64,000 nucleotides of DNA, from the NCBI GenBank assembly GCA_030390025.1, contig CM059432.1:18354001-18418000 (forward strand). The letters run 5' to 3'. The position numbers and the translations under genes are program-made. A model generated the notes under the pieces. That model was given only the letters and a program-made list of their open reading frames with translations. It did no database searches and was not told where the DNA came from. This document shows, in pieces, positions 26,176 to 38,751 of the stretch (positions within the stretch are counted from its first letter, which is position 1; every line of letters begins with the position of its first letter). This DNA comes from Squalus acanthias. Its lineage: Eukaryota.

Positions 26176-27277
26176 ATAATTGATTGGGTCTGCTCTAAAC
26201 TAATTGATAGATTGAGTCCCATGATTCGTCAACAACTCCATTATTGTTGTACCAGGCAACTACCAGGATGGTAGAAGCCAAAATAGATGGACCTTGGTCT
26301 TTTATTTTGTCTAGCATTTGCTGTGTCTCTATGGCCCTGTAAATACTGCTTCCAATGGCCCTTTAGAAAACAATCCCACTAGGTTTTTACTCAGCGGGTT
26401 CAGAGCTGGCCGGGACTTCTGTTTTTGCCTGTTAAAATCACACTGGGGTCCTAATAGTGTCATAGGACCAGATTTGCAGGTATTCCTGAGGCCCCTGCCT
26501 GCTTCCAGCAGGCACCTCGAACACGAGGTTAAGGTGGCGGCAGGTGAGAATCAAGAGAAAACGGGACAGTAAGTCTCCTGACGTGATCTTAAATCCACTA
26601 CCGTCCTGTTCCTGCCAGGCTTTGAAGTCAATGGAAAGTAAAATCAGATGGGGTGTAAGACGGGCGGCTGATCTGATCCTGTCAGTTGCCCCCTGGTTGG
26701 TTAGGTTAGGCTCTCCCACCTGCTGCTTATTCAGTCCTCTGTTGGCATTCCACTCCATTTGGACGAGACCTTTCAATTTTAATCAGGTTGCCATGGGAGG
26801 ACCTTCTGCCCGCTTCCTATGTCAAGGGTGGAGGCAGGTGGGGTGTCGTGGGCGTTCCTGTGCTTCATTGGGAAATTCCTCCCTTAACACCCTTGAAAGG
26901 CCTCAGTGGAACTGACGCTAGTTGAGACCTGACATGAGTCCTTTTGATGCCTTCTAAAGGCCCCAAATCTTCACTAGAGTAAAGTAATCAATCCCAGAGG
27001 GAAGACTCCACTCTGCCTTCGGAGAGTGGTTCAGCTCGAGCCGAGCAGCCAACGTGGGCACCCGCAGCCCACCCCAGCTATGCAAATGACCCTATCCCCA
27101 CAATTTGGTCAAGTTGGGTGGGGATTCTGCTCTGCTACACTTACGCTGGTGGAGCGGGGACCTGGAATTTTCAGGCCTCTATCCTACCCAACAATGTTCC
27201 TTGACCTCCATCTCGATGTGTCATATTTTGCCAATGCGACATTTCTGCTTCTCAGATTGAAAGACCGTACACTGTAA

Positions 27278-27570
27278 AAAGGAATTGCATTTACATAGCA
27301 CCTCAGCACATCCTCAGGATGTCACAAAGGGCCTTGTAAATGATGAAGTGCAGTCACTGTTATGTAGGCAAGCGCAGTAGTCAAATTGCACATGGCAAGA
27401 TCCCACAAACAGCAAGTGAGATGAATAAGCAGTCAATCAATTCTTGGTGGTGTTGGTTGAAGGAGAAATGTCACTCAGGACACTAGGAGAACCTCCTGCT
27501 TTCCTTGGGACAGTGCTTAAACCCACAACCTTTTGACTCAGAAGTGAGAGAGCTATCGAATGAGGCAAGC
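27278..27570 (-). mobile_element. Degenerate DeuSINE
   Basis: Partial match to SacSINE1-like copies, with an internal deletion. Confidence 0.65.
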
Positions 27571-27666
27571 AGCTGAACTACTGAAGTAACTCTACTTGAA
27601 TGGTTCAGTGGCGCGTGGAAACCAATCATTGTCTTCAATGACAATGCCCATTGAACACTGCCTTGG

Positions 27667-27734
27667 GATGAAGGTTGGTGAAAAGAATGCTTGATGACGA
27701 AGGTTGGTGAAAAGATTGCTTGATGATGAAGGTT
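27667..27734. repeat. 29-bp tandem repeat, about 2.3 units
   Basis: GAYGAAGGTTGGTGAAAAGAWTGCTTGAT twice plus a partial third unit. Confidence 0.85.
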
Positions 27735-27857
27735 ACTTCAAACAAGCCACCTTGTAGCTGGCAATTCTTTTTATACAGTTTTGCCTGTAGAACAACTGAG
27801 AAACAAATATAATTTTGATGGAAGGGAGTTCTTCGTTGTGACCATTGAAATATTAAT

Positions 27858-28619
27858 GGCCCAGAAATTAAACATCGATGGTTCCCGCGGGGGTAAGGAT
27901 TCCCCGCGATATCGCACTCCGCGCCTACCTTTTTGTTTGGGGCCCACACGAACTTTAGTTTCAGGGCCTCTCCCTGTTGCAACCGTGCAGTGCTTGCGTG
28001 TCCCAGAGGCGCAATTAGTTCGTGCGTGCTCTGGGATCACGTGATTCAGTTAGAGCCAATGGCAGCACACCATCTTTCATTCATAGTTTTGACAGCAAGG
28101 GCTGTCAAAGCTATGAATACTACAAGCCCCAAAAGAACAGCTAAACCTCAATTAAATTTTAAAAAAGCCATCACATTAATAAAATAAGTATAGTTAAATA
28201 AATTAACCACTTTAAACAAAAAATTAAATTTTTGAAAAAATTTAAAATCTTTTTAAAAGTTATAAAAATAATCTTACCTTTCTTTAAAGTCTCTAAAAAA
28301 GATAAACCTGTTGAAATTTTTTTTAAATAACACTTAATTAACTACTTACCTTGTTAAAAGGGGGTCCTACGCCTGCTTTCTTTATGTGTAAAATCTTCAC
28401 CACTTACCTGCGCGTTCAAACCTGAAAAAAAAACTAAGTGCACTGCGTGCGCGCAACCTGTAGTGCGCACGCGGTTCACTTAGGAACCGCCCCCTTTGCA
28501 ATACACGAAGTGCCGGTTTCCCGCGCATGCGCAGTGCATGCAGGAAACCGGTAATTCGGGACCTAATACGCGTGAGTACACAATGCGTACTCTCGCGTAT
28601 TAGGTCTAATTTTCGGGCC
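27858..28619. mobile_element. Harbinger-type MITE subfamily A (inverted relative to 3785-4528)
   Basis: Termini GGCCCAGAAATT / AATTTTCGGGCC; flanks AAT/ATT; internal homology to 3785-4528. Confidence 0.8.
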
Positions 28620-29729
28620 ATTATGATGATTGGATTTGGGGCATGAAATTAAAAAAGAAATACTGGCCCTATTTTGGTACTGATTTGCAACCTTCTGCAG
28701 TGAATAGTCAGAGCAGAAGGCTACAAGATAGGGCTGTGTGAGTGTTTGTGTGCAGCTGTACCAGGACACATAGAAGATATCTTCCAATTGGACAGCTATA
28801 TATATCCACTCAAATTCGTGCTCCAATTTATTCCATCATTTTCCTCGCGGTTTAAAGCAAATAAATGAACAGCCTGGATATACAGCAGACATGTTGCTGA
28901 CAGGTAGCCGAATGATAATCTCTTTTACAAGGAAATAGATACGGTTTTCTGTTGGCGATGGTAAGTGAGGATGTGGGATTTGGGAGGGGGTGTTGGATTT
29001 GTGACAGTCTGGGAGGTAATGTGAAAGTAGTTTATGCTTCTGGGGAAATGAGGTGTACTGGGAGGCAGTGAGCAGCTTGGGAGAGTCGAGAGTGGTTGGG
29101 AGAAGGAAGAATTATACATTTTGGGGAAAGAAAGACTTGCACTTCCGATCGGTGCTTCTCCCCAATCCCCCCTGATCGCCACCACTCACCGAGCTCCCCA
29201 CCTCCGATGCCCCTGACCTCCGATCTCCCTGACCCGAGGGCTGCTCCGACACTAGCAGTGGCTCGATCTTCGTTGGCGGTTTCGTCGCGCCGTGATGGAA
29301 ATTTATAAAGCTTTTGGAAAAGGTCATTCTATCGTAATGTCTTGTATAGAAGCTGCTCACCTGCTGTTGGAGGAACTGCAGTTTTGCACTTTTCCATGCA
29401 TTGGGGAAAACTGGGTGCTCAATGTAAGATAGTCTTCCCATCCCTTGTGACTAACTTGCTGCCCTTATGTAGCTCCCTCCATTGGCCCTGAGGTCAGGCT
29501 GGGTCCGATGGCTGCAGTTTTCACTAGATAGAGTTAGGGCAGTGTCTTGACAATACTATCGGGCTAATCACGGGGGAGCTTCATCTGAAAGGGCCTATTA
29601 GCAAAGATCTGGCCCATCTTTCGTTTGGCCAGTATTCACATTTTGAACCCGAAACAGGAATCTAGCAGTTGCTGATCCTCCTGGTAGCAGTGTGTAGCAA
29701 CATTGTAAATATATACAACAGAAAGTAAG

Positions 29730-30375
29730 TAAGACTTGCATTTATATAGCGCCTTTCACAAGCTCAGGATGCCCTAAAGCACTTTGCAGCCAATGAAGTA
29801 CTTTTGAAGTGTAGTCACTGTTGTATTGCAGAAAATGTAATGGCTAATTTGCACACAGCAAGGTCCACACAAACAGCAATGTGACAATGACCAGATAATC
29901 TGTTTTAGTGATGTTGGTTGAGAGATAAATACTGACCAGGACACAATGTAGGACTCCCTTGATCTTCTTCGAAATAGTGCCATGGGATCTATTAGATTCA
30001 CCTGAGAGGGCAGACGCGACCTCGGTTTAACATCTCATCTGAAAGACGACACCTCTGACAGTGCAGCACTCCCTCAGCACTACAGTGGAGTGTCAGCCTA
30101 GATGCTTGTGCTCAAGTCGCTGAGGTGGGACTTGAACCCACAACCTTCTGATGTCAGAGGCGAGAGTGCTACCCACTGAGCCACGCTCAATGCTACTAAT
30201 GCATTTATTATACACGTTTATTGTGTCTTATTTACCATCTGAAAGACAGCATACCTCTAACAGTGCAGCACTCCCTCAGTGCTGCACTGGAGTGTCAGCC
30301 TACATTTTGTCTGGAGTGGGACTTGAACCCACAACCTTCTGACCCAGTGGCGAGAGTGCTACCCACTGAGCCACA
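29730..30375 (-). mobile_element. SacSINE1-like DeuSINE (29730-30185) plus a second head-region copy (about 30230-30375)
   Basis: Collinear with other copies; the head segment occurs twice. Confidence 0.82.
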
Positions 30376-30779
30376 GCAAGGCAATGCTCCCCTGCCACCC
30401 CATATCAGCCAGCATCATTTCCGGGTTTATATATTTCTTGTTTCTGTCCGGCCTCCTCACTGAGCTCATGCACAGAAAACCCTTCTTCCTGACAGTAGCT
30501 GAGTGGAGCTTAGCTGATTAACTATGCAAAGCTATTTCAAAGTTACAAAAAAAAAATTACAAGGCAAATAACCACAAGCAAAATTCATGACAAGCGGTAT
30601 TCACCCGCTGTGATAAATGCTTCTGCATAAATGCATTTAGAGTAATGGATTATCAAAAGCTGAATTACAGATGTTTATGCCGTCCCGAGGTGCTTTCCTA
30701 CTCTTGAGCGCATGAACCCAAAGCCAGCAAGGGACCTAATGCACATCTGTGATTCATCCTGGACTATCCATTATTTAAC

Positions 30780-30998
30780 ATAATAGGTACAAGGTACTTT
30801 TATTGCCTTTGCTGTTATGAAGAAAATGGCTGACGTTGCACCTCTGTGAGCTGAGTGCGACAGTGCGGAGATTGTTGTTAATGACAAACAGTGGGTGTAG
30901 GCCATCATGGCTACAACAGAACTGTGGTTATCTGATGTGGGAGATGCAAAAACTACAGGCAGATAAACTGCAAAAATCGGATGTATCTGACGTTTCAT
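30780..30998 (-). other. Candidate terminal exon of an unidentified minus-strand transcript
   Basis: Long pyrimidine tract and TAG acceptor at 30999-31000; stop at 30928 in one frame; AATAAA at 30799-30804; non-repetitive DNA. Confidence 0.3.
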
Positions 30999-31119
30999 CT
31001 ATAAGGGAATAAATTCCAGAAAGGCAAGGCATAAAGGAAGGAATTTCAATAAAGAATTTAAATTCATTGTAGGTGAAGTGCTTTAAGATGCTTCTGAGAG
31101 AGCTGATAGGAAGAAGAAA

Positions 31120-31470
31120 AAGAATTGGATTTATATCGCATTTTCTCAGCTCCCTCAGAAATGTCTCAAAGCTCTTTTCATACAATGAATTACTTGAAAG
31201 TTTACCGACTGTTGCGCTGTAAGCAACTGCGGCAGCCATGTGTGCACAGCAAGATCCCACAGCAAGATCCCACAAACGGCAATGAGATGGATATCTGTTT
31301 AATCTATTTTTGGTGGTGTTGACTGAGGACACCAGGAAAGCGCTATGTTCCTCTTCGAGCGATGCCATAGGTACTTCCCATCCACCTGAGTTACTGAGCT
31401 GGAGGATGCTATTTCTGACAATGCCATTCTCTGCCAGTACTGCACTGGAGTGTCAGCCTGGATTATGCAC
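31120..31470 (-). mobile_element. Degenerate DeuSINE
   Basis: Diverged match to SacSINE1-like copies. Confidence 0.6.
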
Positions 31471-31669
31471 TGTACAGATTTTAACGGGACAGCGGGTATT
31501 CACGGAAAGTGCTTGGCGACCACACTTCCTTTTCTGGCTAGTTACAAACACATGTGATGGTGATAATTTGGTTTAAATGCATCCTTCTCTTAATTAACGT
31601 CCCATAATGAAAATTATGTACAGTTCTTCCAGCTCGTCTTCCTCTCCAGACCATCACTGGCATAAAATT

Positions 31670-32560
31670 ACAAAAAGAGATATTAATAGATTAAGTGAAT
31701 AGGCTAAACTGTGGCAAATGGGTTTCATTATAGGCAAATGCGAGGTCATCCACTTTAGACCTAAAAAGGATAGAACAGGATACTTTCTAAATGGTGAACA
31801 GCTGGAAACGGTGGAGGTCCAAAGAGACTTGGGGGTCCAGGTACATAAATCATTAAAATGTCATGAACAGGTACAGAAAATAATCAAAAAGGCTAATGGA
31901 ATGCTGGCCTTTATATCTGGAGGACTAGACGACAAGGGGGTAGAAGTTATGCTGCAGCTGTACAAAACCCTGGTTAGATCAAACCTGGAGTACTGTGAGC
32001 AGTTCTGGGCACCACACCTTAGGAAGGATATATTGGCCTTGGAGTGCAGTGCAGCGTAGGTTTACCAGAATGATACCCGGACTTCAAGCGTTACATTAGG
32101 AGGAGAGATTATACAAATTAGGGTTTTATTCCCTAGAATTTAGAAGGTTAAGTGTTGATTTGATCGAAGTTTTCAAGATATTAAGGGGAACTGATAGGGG
32201 TAAATAGAGAGAGAAACTATTTCTGCTGGTTGGGGACTTTAGGGCTCGGGGACATAGTCTAAAAATTAGAGCCTGGCCTTTCAGGAGTGAAGATAGGAAA
32301 CACTTCTACACACAAAGGGTGGCAGAAGTTTGGAACTCTCTTCCGTCAACGGCAATTGATGCTAGGTCAATTGTTAATTTTAAATCTGAGATTGATAGGT
32401 TTTTGTTAACCAGAGGTATTAAGGGATATGAGGAAAAGGCAGGCATATGGAGTTAGGTCACAGATTAGCCATGATCTCATTGAATGGCGGAACAGGCTCG
32501 GGGATGGGGGTGGGGTGGGGAGGAGCGGTGTTAAATGGCCTACTCCGGTTCCTATGTTCC
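31670..32560 (+). mobile_element. CR1 LINE, 5'-truncated
   Basis: KCEVIHF...QRDLGV...LYKTLVRSNLEYCEQFWAPH and 3'UTR. Confidence 0.9.
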
Positions 32561-33040
32561 TTTGCCAATAAAGACTTTTTGCAACACTTTTTCATTAGGG
32601 CAGTGCCCCTTCAATAGTAATAAATTGGAGAAGCAATTTAAAGGGGTAGATGTGGTTATTAAGTACAGGGCTGCCAGATCCAGATTAATTTTCCTTTATT
32701 CTGGTCACAGATGGAGGGACCATTCAAATTATACATCAATTGAACAGCAGAAAGTATTTTCTCTCCAAAGGTTAGGCTATTCCCAACCAGGCAGAACATC
32801 TGAGCTCAGAACAAATGAACAACAATGAAAATACATAGCGCACTGCGGTAATCTTAATAATTATTAATTAATTCATTATAATTAATGAGCTTTTTCCCTC
32901 CCCACTTGAGTGGAATAGGACCATGCTGCCAGGTAGTTGACATTTTACATTTGGACAGTAGGGGGCACCAAAGCTACAGGGAAATAAAGCCCAACGCCTG
33001 AAGGACAATCCAGATTGATAAACATGGAAGAATTACTTAC

Positions 33041-33067
33041 GGAGAACAAAAAATGTTTGACCTGTGT
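33041..33067 (-). other. Candidate 27-nt internal exon
   Basis: Acceptor T10-GGTACCAG and consensus donor C|GTAAGT on the minus strand. Confidence 0.3.
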
Positions 33068-33589
33068 CTGGTACCAAAAAAAAAATGCATTCTCAATGCT
33101 TGACAATAGAAATATGCGAGTTTGAATAACATTATCAATTTCATTCCAGTGCCAGAGTTCATAAATACTCATCGTTCACTTTCAATATATATCTTTTTCC
33201 ACTTGTTATTTTCCAATAAAGTTTCCGCCAAAGCGAATTTAAGGAACTGCCCATTCTGAATTCATGAAAATGTTGTAGGTCTAACGCCAGGTGACGTGAG
33301 CACCCCGCTTCTCTGGCAATTGCAGTTACGTAAGGGCATGTCTTGCGAGGTTTGGGCTCCGCCACAACTCCTCACTGCATGGAAGCACTAAGCGACCCAT
33401 CTGTGACTCACCCTTCCCATCCAGTAAGGCTCCACCTGGGTTTTATTTATGGTTAAAGGAGTGTTGTTATCTTACTGCCTTGCAAGTAAAATATTTATGG
33501 CCAATACAACAGGTACATTTGAAGTTCTATAGAGAATAAATGTTATGCTTTTTAAATAAAGATGAATTGATACTTGGGAGTGATTATCG

Positions 33590-33885
33590 ACTGGTGGGGG
33601 GGAGAGTCAGTAACCAAAGGATAATTGGCAAAAAAATCCAGGGGGGGAAATGAGAATTTTTTTTGCAGCGAGTTGTTGTGATCTGGAACGCGCTGCCTGA
33701 AAGGGCGGTGGAAGCAGATTCAATAGTACCTTTCAAAACGGAATTGGATGTATAGTTGAAAAGGAAACGTTTGCTGGGCTATGGGAAAAGAGCGGGGGAG
33801 TGCGACTAATTGGATAGCTCTTTCAAAGAGCTAGAACTGGCACGATGGGCCGAATGGCCTCCTTCGGTGCTGTATGATTCTGCGA
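33590..33885 (+). mobile_element. CR1 3' end fragment
   Basis: Matches 2310-2595 and the reverse complement of 10795-11100. Confidence 0.8.
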
Positions 33886-34035
33886 TACGCTTATTTATTT
33901 CCTGCTCTTCCGGTGCTCACCTTCCTGTGCCACAAACATATTTCTATTGATTCTATAATAATTAGAAAGAAAATGTTGAAACCTATTCTCTGAATATGTA
34001 TTTTATTTATGACCCCCCCCCTAAAAGAACATAAA

Positions 34036-34343
34036 GGAAGACTTGCATTTATATAGCGCCAGTCATAACCTCAGGGCATCGCAAAGCGCTTTACAGCCAA
34101 TGAAGCACTTTTTTGAAGTATAGTCACTGTTGTAATGTAGGAAACGCGGCAAGCCAACGCGCAAACTCCCACAAACAGCAACATGGTAATGGCTAGATAA
34201 TCTGCTTTTAGTTGCTGTTTGAGGGATAAATATTGGCCAGGACACTGGGAACAATCCCCTGCTCTTCTTCGAAATAGTGCCATGAGATCTTTTGCGTCCA
34301 CCTGAGAGAGCAGACGGGTTTTAGCTTCTCATCTGAAAAGCAC
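34036..34343 (-). mobile_element. SacSINE1-like DeuSINE (3' part)
   Basis: Deu core and L2-type tail. Confidence 0.82.
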
Positions 34344-34344
34344 A

Positions 34345-34977
34345 TTTTTTTAATTCGCTTATGGGTTCTGGGTGTCGCTGGCAAGGCCAGCATTTATTGC
34401 CCATCCCTAGTTGCCCTCGAGAAGGTGGTGGTGAGCCGCCTTCTTGAACCGCTGCAGTCCGTGTGGTGAAGGTACTCCCACAGTGCTGTTAGGGAGGGAG
34501 TTCCAGGATTTTGACCCAGCGACGATAAAGGAACTACGATACACTTCTAGGTAAGGATGGTGTGTGACTTGGAGGGGAACTTGGAGGTGGTGGTGTTCCC
34601 ATGCGCCTGCTGCCCTTGTCCTTCTAGGTGGTAGAGGTCACGGGTTTGGGAGGTGCTGTCGAAGAAGCCTTGGCGAGTTGCTGCAGTGCATCTTGTAGAT
34701 GGTACACACTGCAGCCACGGTACGCCGGTGGTGGAGGGAGTGAATGTTTAAGTTGGTGGATGGGGTGCCAATCAAACGGGCTGTTTTGTCCTGGATGGTG
34801 TCGAGCTTCTTGAGTGTTGTTGGAGCTGCACTCATCCAGGCAAGTGGAGAGTATTCCATCACACTCCTTACTTGTGCCTTGTAGATGGTGGAAAGGCTTT
34901 GGGGAGTCAGGAGGTGAGACACTCACCACAGAATACCCAGCCTCTGACCTGCTCTTGTTGCCACAGTATTTATGTGG
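34345..34977 (-). mobile_element. RTEX-like LINE 3' fragment
   Basis: IYKAQVRSVMEYSPLAWMSAAPTTLKKLDTIQDK; shared 3' tail. Confidence 0.8.
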
Positions 34978-35049
34978 GAATGGAATTTTTTGTAGCCCGA
35001 GGAAAGGCGGCTGACACTGGACTTTGACAATGCTTTGCCATTGGTCTGT

Positions 35050-35625
35050 CATTCCTTGTTATGATCATATGGTTAACAGGAGTATAGAATCAATTATCAG
35101 GTGAGGCCAAGGATGCAGACAGTATATATGGATTCAAAGCATTTTTCTGTAGAGAGAAGAGTTTGAGGGATATAATGAGAAGATAAATAGGTGGGGTCTA
35201 ATTATCAAAAAGGTGTCGACTTGTTTGAGGCCTGTAGTCTTTTCTTACTGATGAGATATTCTCATGTTCTAATGGATATTGCCTCATACTCCTCTTGAAC
35301 TCTGACCAGTGATCTAATGAATGGCAGAACAGGCTTGAGGTGCTAAATGGCCTACTCCTGTCCCTACGTTCCTGTCTCTTGCTCATCCCCTCCTCCCTTC
35401 GCACACCATTGACGGTTGTGCCATCAGCCACCTAGGCCCCAGTCTCTAGAATTCCCTCCCTAAACCACTCCACTTCCCCACTCCTTTAAGACCTTCTTTA
35501 AAAACGACCTTCTTGACCAAACTTTTGGGCACCGCTCCCAATCTTTGGCTCAACGCTCGATTTCCTTCCGCCTCTGTGAGGCACCTTGGGACGTTAGAGG
35601 CACTGCACAAATGGAAGTTGTTGTC
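35050..35625 (+). mobile_element. Degenerate CR1 3' end (to about 35375) followed by an L2 3' end
   Basis: Similarity to other CR1 tails and to the reverse complement of L2 at 40405-40560. Confidence 0.55.
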
Positions 35626-36807
35626 TCAGAGAATAAGTAGAGAGGAGCTGGGATATAAACCTGCAGATGTATTTGTTTCTTTCTCAACCTTTAAGAGTAA
35701 TTTTTTGTGTTAAACCTACATAACAAAGCCAAGCAGAACAACAGCAACCAACTCCTAAATTATGTCAGTAAATTAAATTCCCTGCCTCTGCCCCTAAAGC
35801 ATGCAGCGCTACCAAGTTGTAAACAGCTATGATTTCCCTGGTGGGTTAATCCTAGAGAGACACTTCCTTCCATATAAGAGGGAAGTCTGAGTATTTATTC
35901 ATTGCTCTGTTTGAGCTCTAAGTTTTTACATTTACAATGTATCCCAAGGCTTCTCCTGTACCATTTGAAACTGACCCCTTTGTCGATAGCCACCTCTTCT
36001 CCTGATTGTTGCTCTCCCAGCCGGTGATCCACCGATGCTGCCGGCAGGGGCTACAGCCATTTCTTCCCCATTTCTTCTCCTTGCGATTAGAAATCCTGCA
36101 AAGGTCATTTGACCTCCGCCCCATGAGCTGCGTGCACTGGCATCACAATGGGCTGGCTGTTCTCTTCATGACTGTCGTTGAGTTTGGACAACACAAGGTT
36201 CACTTTGTCCAAACCGCGTCATCTCCGGTGATGCAAACTGAGGACAGTCCGCAGAGTCATGAGTGGGTTTTGGCTACTTTATCATTTCAGACATTTCTCC
36301 AGCAATATGATTCCCCACGCCATGATATCGGCTCAGAAATTCCTGGCTAGGTGGGAGGGCGGAAGTGGGCATTTGTCCCTGTGTGGTGGCAGGCATTTGC
36401 GGGGGGTTGGGGGTTGTCCAGATCCACCATATTTCTGCCCCAAAAATGTCATAATTTCTGGCAGTTTTCAGGACGGACTGAAGAAACACCAGACATGTGT
36501 AAATCAGCGAGTTCGGACGCGATGGCGTCTCCCGTCCTGAATTCCATGACTGTTGCCTTCCCATGCTCCCTTCTGATGGCATGATGTTATATAATAGGGG
36601 CAGTTGACAGCACCTGCTCACCAAGGTGACAGTAATTGATTAGAGGTGAAGCTGTTGAAGGTGAGATTGCTATTCCAGGCTTTTGGCCATTTCTTGAGAT
36701 CGCCTGCACGTATCTGCAAAATACTTGCACCATTTTATTCGGGAAGCCTTTTACCTACATTTTTCCATTACGCGTGGAGAGGCTTGTACCTGAGCCTTGT
36801 CCCAGGG

Positions 36808-37047
36808 CAGTTATCCCCGGTGTCCTGGCCAATATTTATCCCTCAACCAACATAACAAAAACAGATTATCTGGTCATCATCACATTGCTGTTTGTGGGAC
36901 CTTGCTGTGCGCAAATTGGCTGCCGCGTTTTCTACATTACAACAGCGACTACACTTCAAAAAGTACTTCATTGGCTGTAAAGCGCTTTGAGACGTCCGGT
37001 GGTCGTGAAAGGCGCTATATAAATGCAAGCCTTTCTTTTTCTTTCTT
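36808..37047 (+). mobile_element. SacSINE1-like DeuSINE 3' part
   Basis: Nearly identical to the reverse complement of 43985-44215. Confidence 0.85.
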
Positions 37048-37149
37048 GTACTGAAGGGAAATTAGGGAGCAAGTAACTGCAGCCTGCAAAATGGGCTTTC
37101 CAATGGGAATCCACTTTGTATGACATACTCGGCTCGAAGGAAAAGTAGA

Positions 37150-37945
37150 ATAATCAAGCCGGACCAGAGGAGAGCCTGACCATCCCGGCAGTATCCATCA
37201 AGCAGAATGTAGCGGGCCAGGTGAACTTTCTAAGATCGCGCCATGAAGCCTTGGAAGGAATCTGTTCATTGCTGCAACTAGATATGCAACAACAGGACAG
37301 CTCTGACTATGGCAGCAAAAATGACCACAGCTCTCAATTCTGACAAAGGGTTCGACCCGAAACGTTGACTCTCTTTCTCTCTCCTCGATACTGCTTGACC
37401 TACTGAGTGTTTCCAGCACTTTCTGTTCTTATTTCAGATTTCCAGCATCTGCAGTATTTTGCTATTGTCTCAATTCTTATGCTGCAGGATATGCCAGGGT
37501 GCCTTTTGATAGATCAGCCAATTCACTGTACCTTCCTGGATAAGGCAAGTCACCAATGCCCTCTTTGCCTGGGAGCTCAGTTTATACAATTCTACAGTGC
37601 TCCCAGATAGATGGCTGAGGAGGTCATCTCTTTGGCTGCATTCCCCAGGGTTGTGGGGGGCCATTGATTGCATCCATGTGGCATTGCGCACCCCAACTAT
37701 GAACTCCTATATCTCCATCAACCACAAAGGCTTTCATTTCCTGAATTGATCTTATGCTGCGAACCATCATGATGCTTTTATACTTTTCCAGTCCTGTGTC
37801 CCAGTGCTATCTCAACAGCAGGCACCTGGGAGGTAAGACTAGCTGCTGGGCAGGAAGGGACAGTGCTACTCCCATGGATTATGAAACCACTTTGTTGGAC
37901 CACCAGCACTGCAGGAAAGTTCTACCATGAAGCAGATAGAAGGGA
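37150..37945 (+). pseudogene. PIF/Harbinger transposase remnant, internally deleted and split by a Penelope-like fragment
   Basis: MAAKMTTALNSYAAG, VTNALFA, AAFPRV.GAIDCIHVALRTP..INHKGFH, HDAFILFQS: DDE-domain motifs with frameshifts. Confidence 0.85.
37340..37467 (+). mobile_element. Penelope-like terminal fragment with hammerhead ribozyme motif
   Basis: 10-bp TSD TCTCAATTCT (37332-37341, 37468-37477); CTGACAA-A-GGGTTCGACCC-GAAACGTT. Confidence 0.75.
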
Positions 37946-37989
37946 AAAATGAGCGAGGATGTGAGACTTCGACTTCGGCTAGCATCCAT

Positions 37990-38335
37990 TAGAATCATAG
38001 AAATTTATGGCACAGAAGGAGGCCATTCAGACCCATTGTGTCCGTGCCGGCCGAAAAAGAGCTATCCAGCCTAATCCCACTTTTCAGCTCTTGGTCCGTA
38101 GCCTTGCAGGTTACAGGCACTTCAAGTGCATATCCAAGTACTTTTTAAATGCGATGAGGGTTCCTGCCTCTACCACCCTTTCAGGCAGTGAGTTCCAGAC
38201 CTCCTCCACCCTCTGGGTGGAAAAAGTTCTCCTCAACTCCCCTCTAATCCTTCTACCAATTACTTTAAATCTATGCCCCCTGGTCATTGACCTCTCTGCT
38301 AAGGGAAATAGGTCCTTCCTATCCACTCTATCTAA
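37990..38335 (-). mobile_element. CR1 3' fragment
   Basis: DLFPLAERSMTRGHRFKVIG...WNSLPERVVEA. Confidence 0.88.
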
Positions 38336-38751
38336 GTCCCAGTACCATTACAGGAAGTGCGAATGCTGACATGAATGATGCTAGGCTAACGTGCTTCTGG
38401 GGCAAGGAGCAAGGTGTCATATGATACCTCAAAGGGCACTGCTTGAATGCTGGGGCAGGGAATATATTCATTTGCCTCTCTGCATTTACCGAGCTTTCCT
38501 GTTATTCAGCTGCTTACTGCCTAGTACAAATGGATGGAGTAAATTGATGGTTTACAGTTGAAAATCACCCCCACAGTCTTTTTATCAAAATTTGTGACAT
38601 TTTCATATTTCTATGTCACTTTACCAATGTAGCTCTTCCACCACGGGTTTATTTCCAGTATACATATTTTAGGCAGTGTGGTGACTAACCAATGCACGGT
38701 GCCATGTCAATGGAGATGGCAATTTGGTTCCCCATAATGGTGAACTAGGTG

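Noticed and set aside
27667..27734. CRISPR-like array
   Set aside because: Head-to-tail 29-bp repeat with no spacers, in a eukaryotic context.
28931..28966. Isolated plus-strand mini-exon ending ATG|GTAAGT
   Set aside because: No partner exons or recognisable product; compatible with chance.
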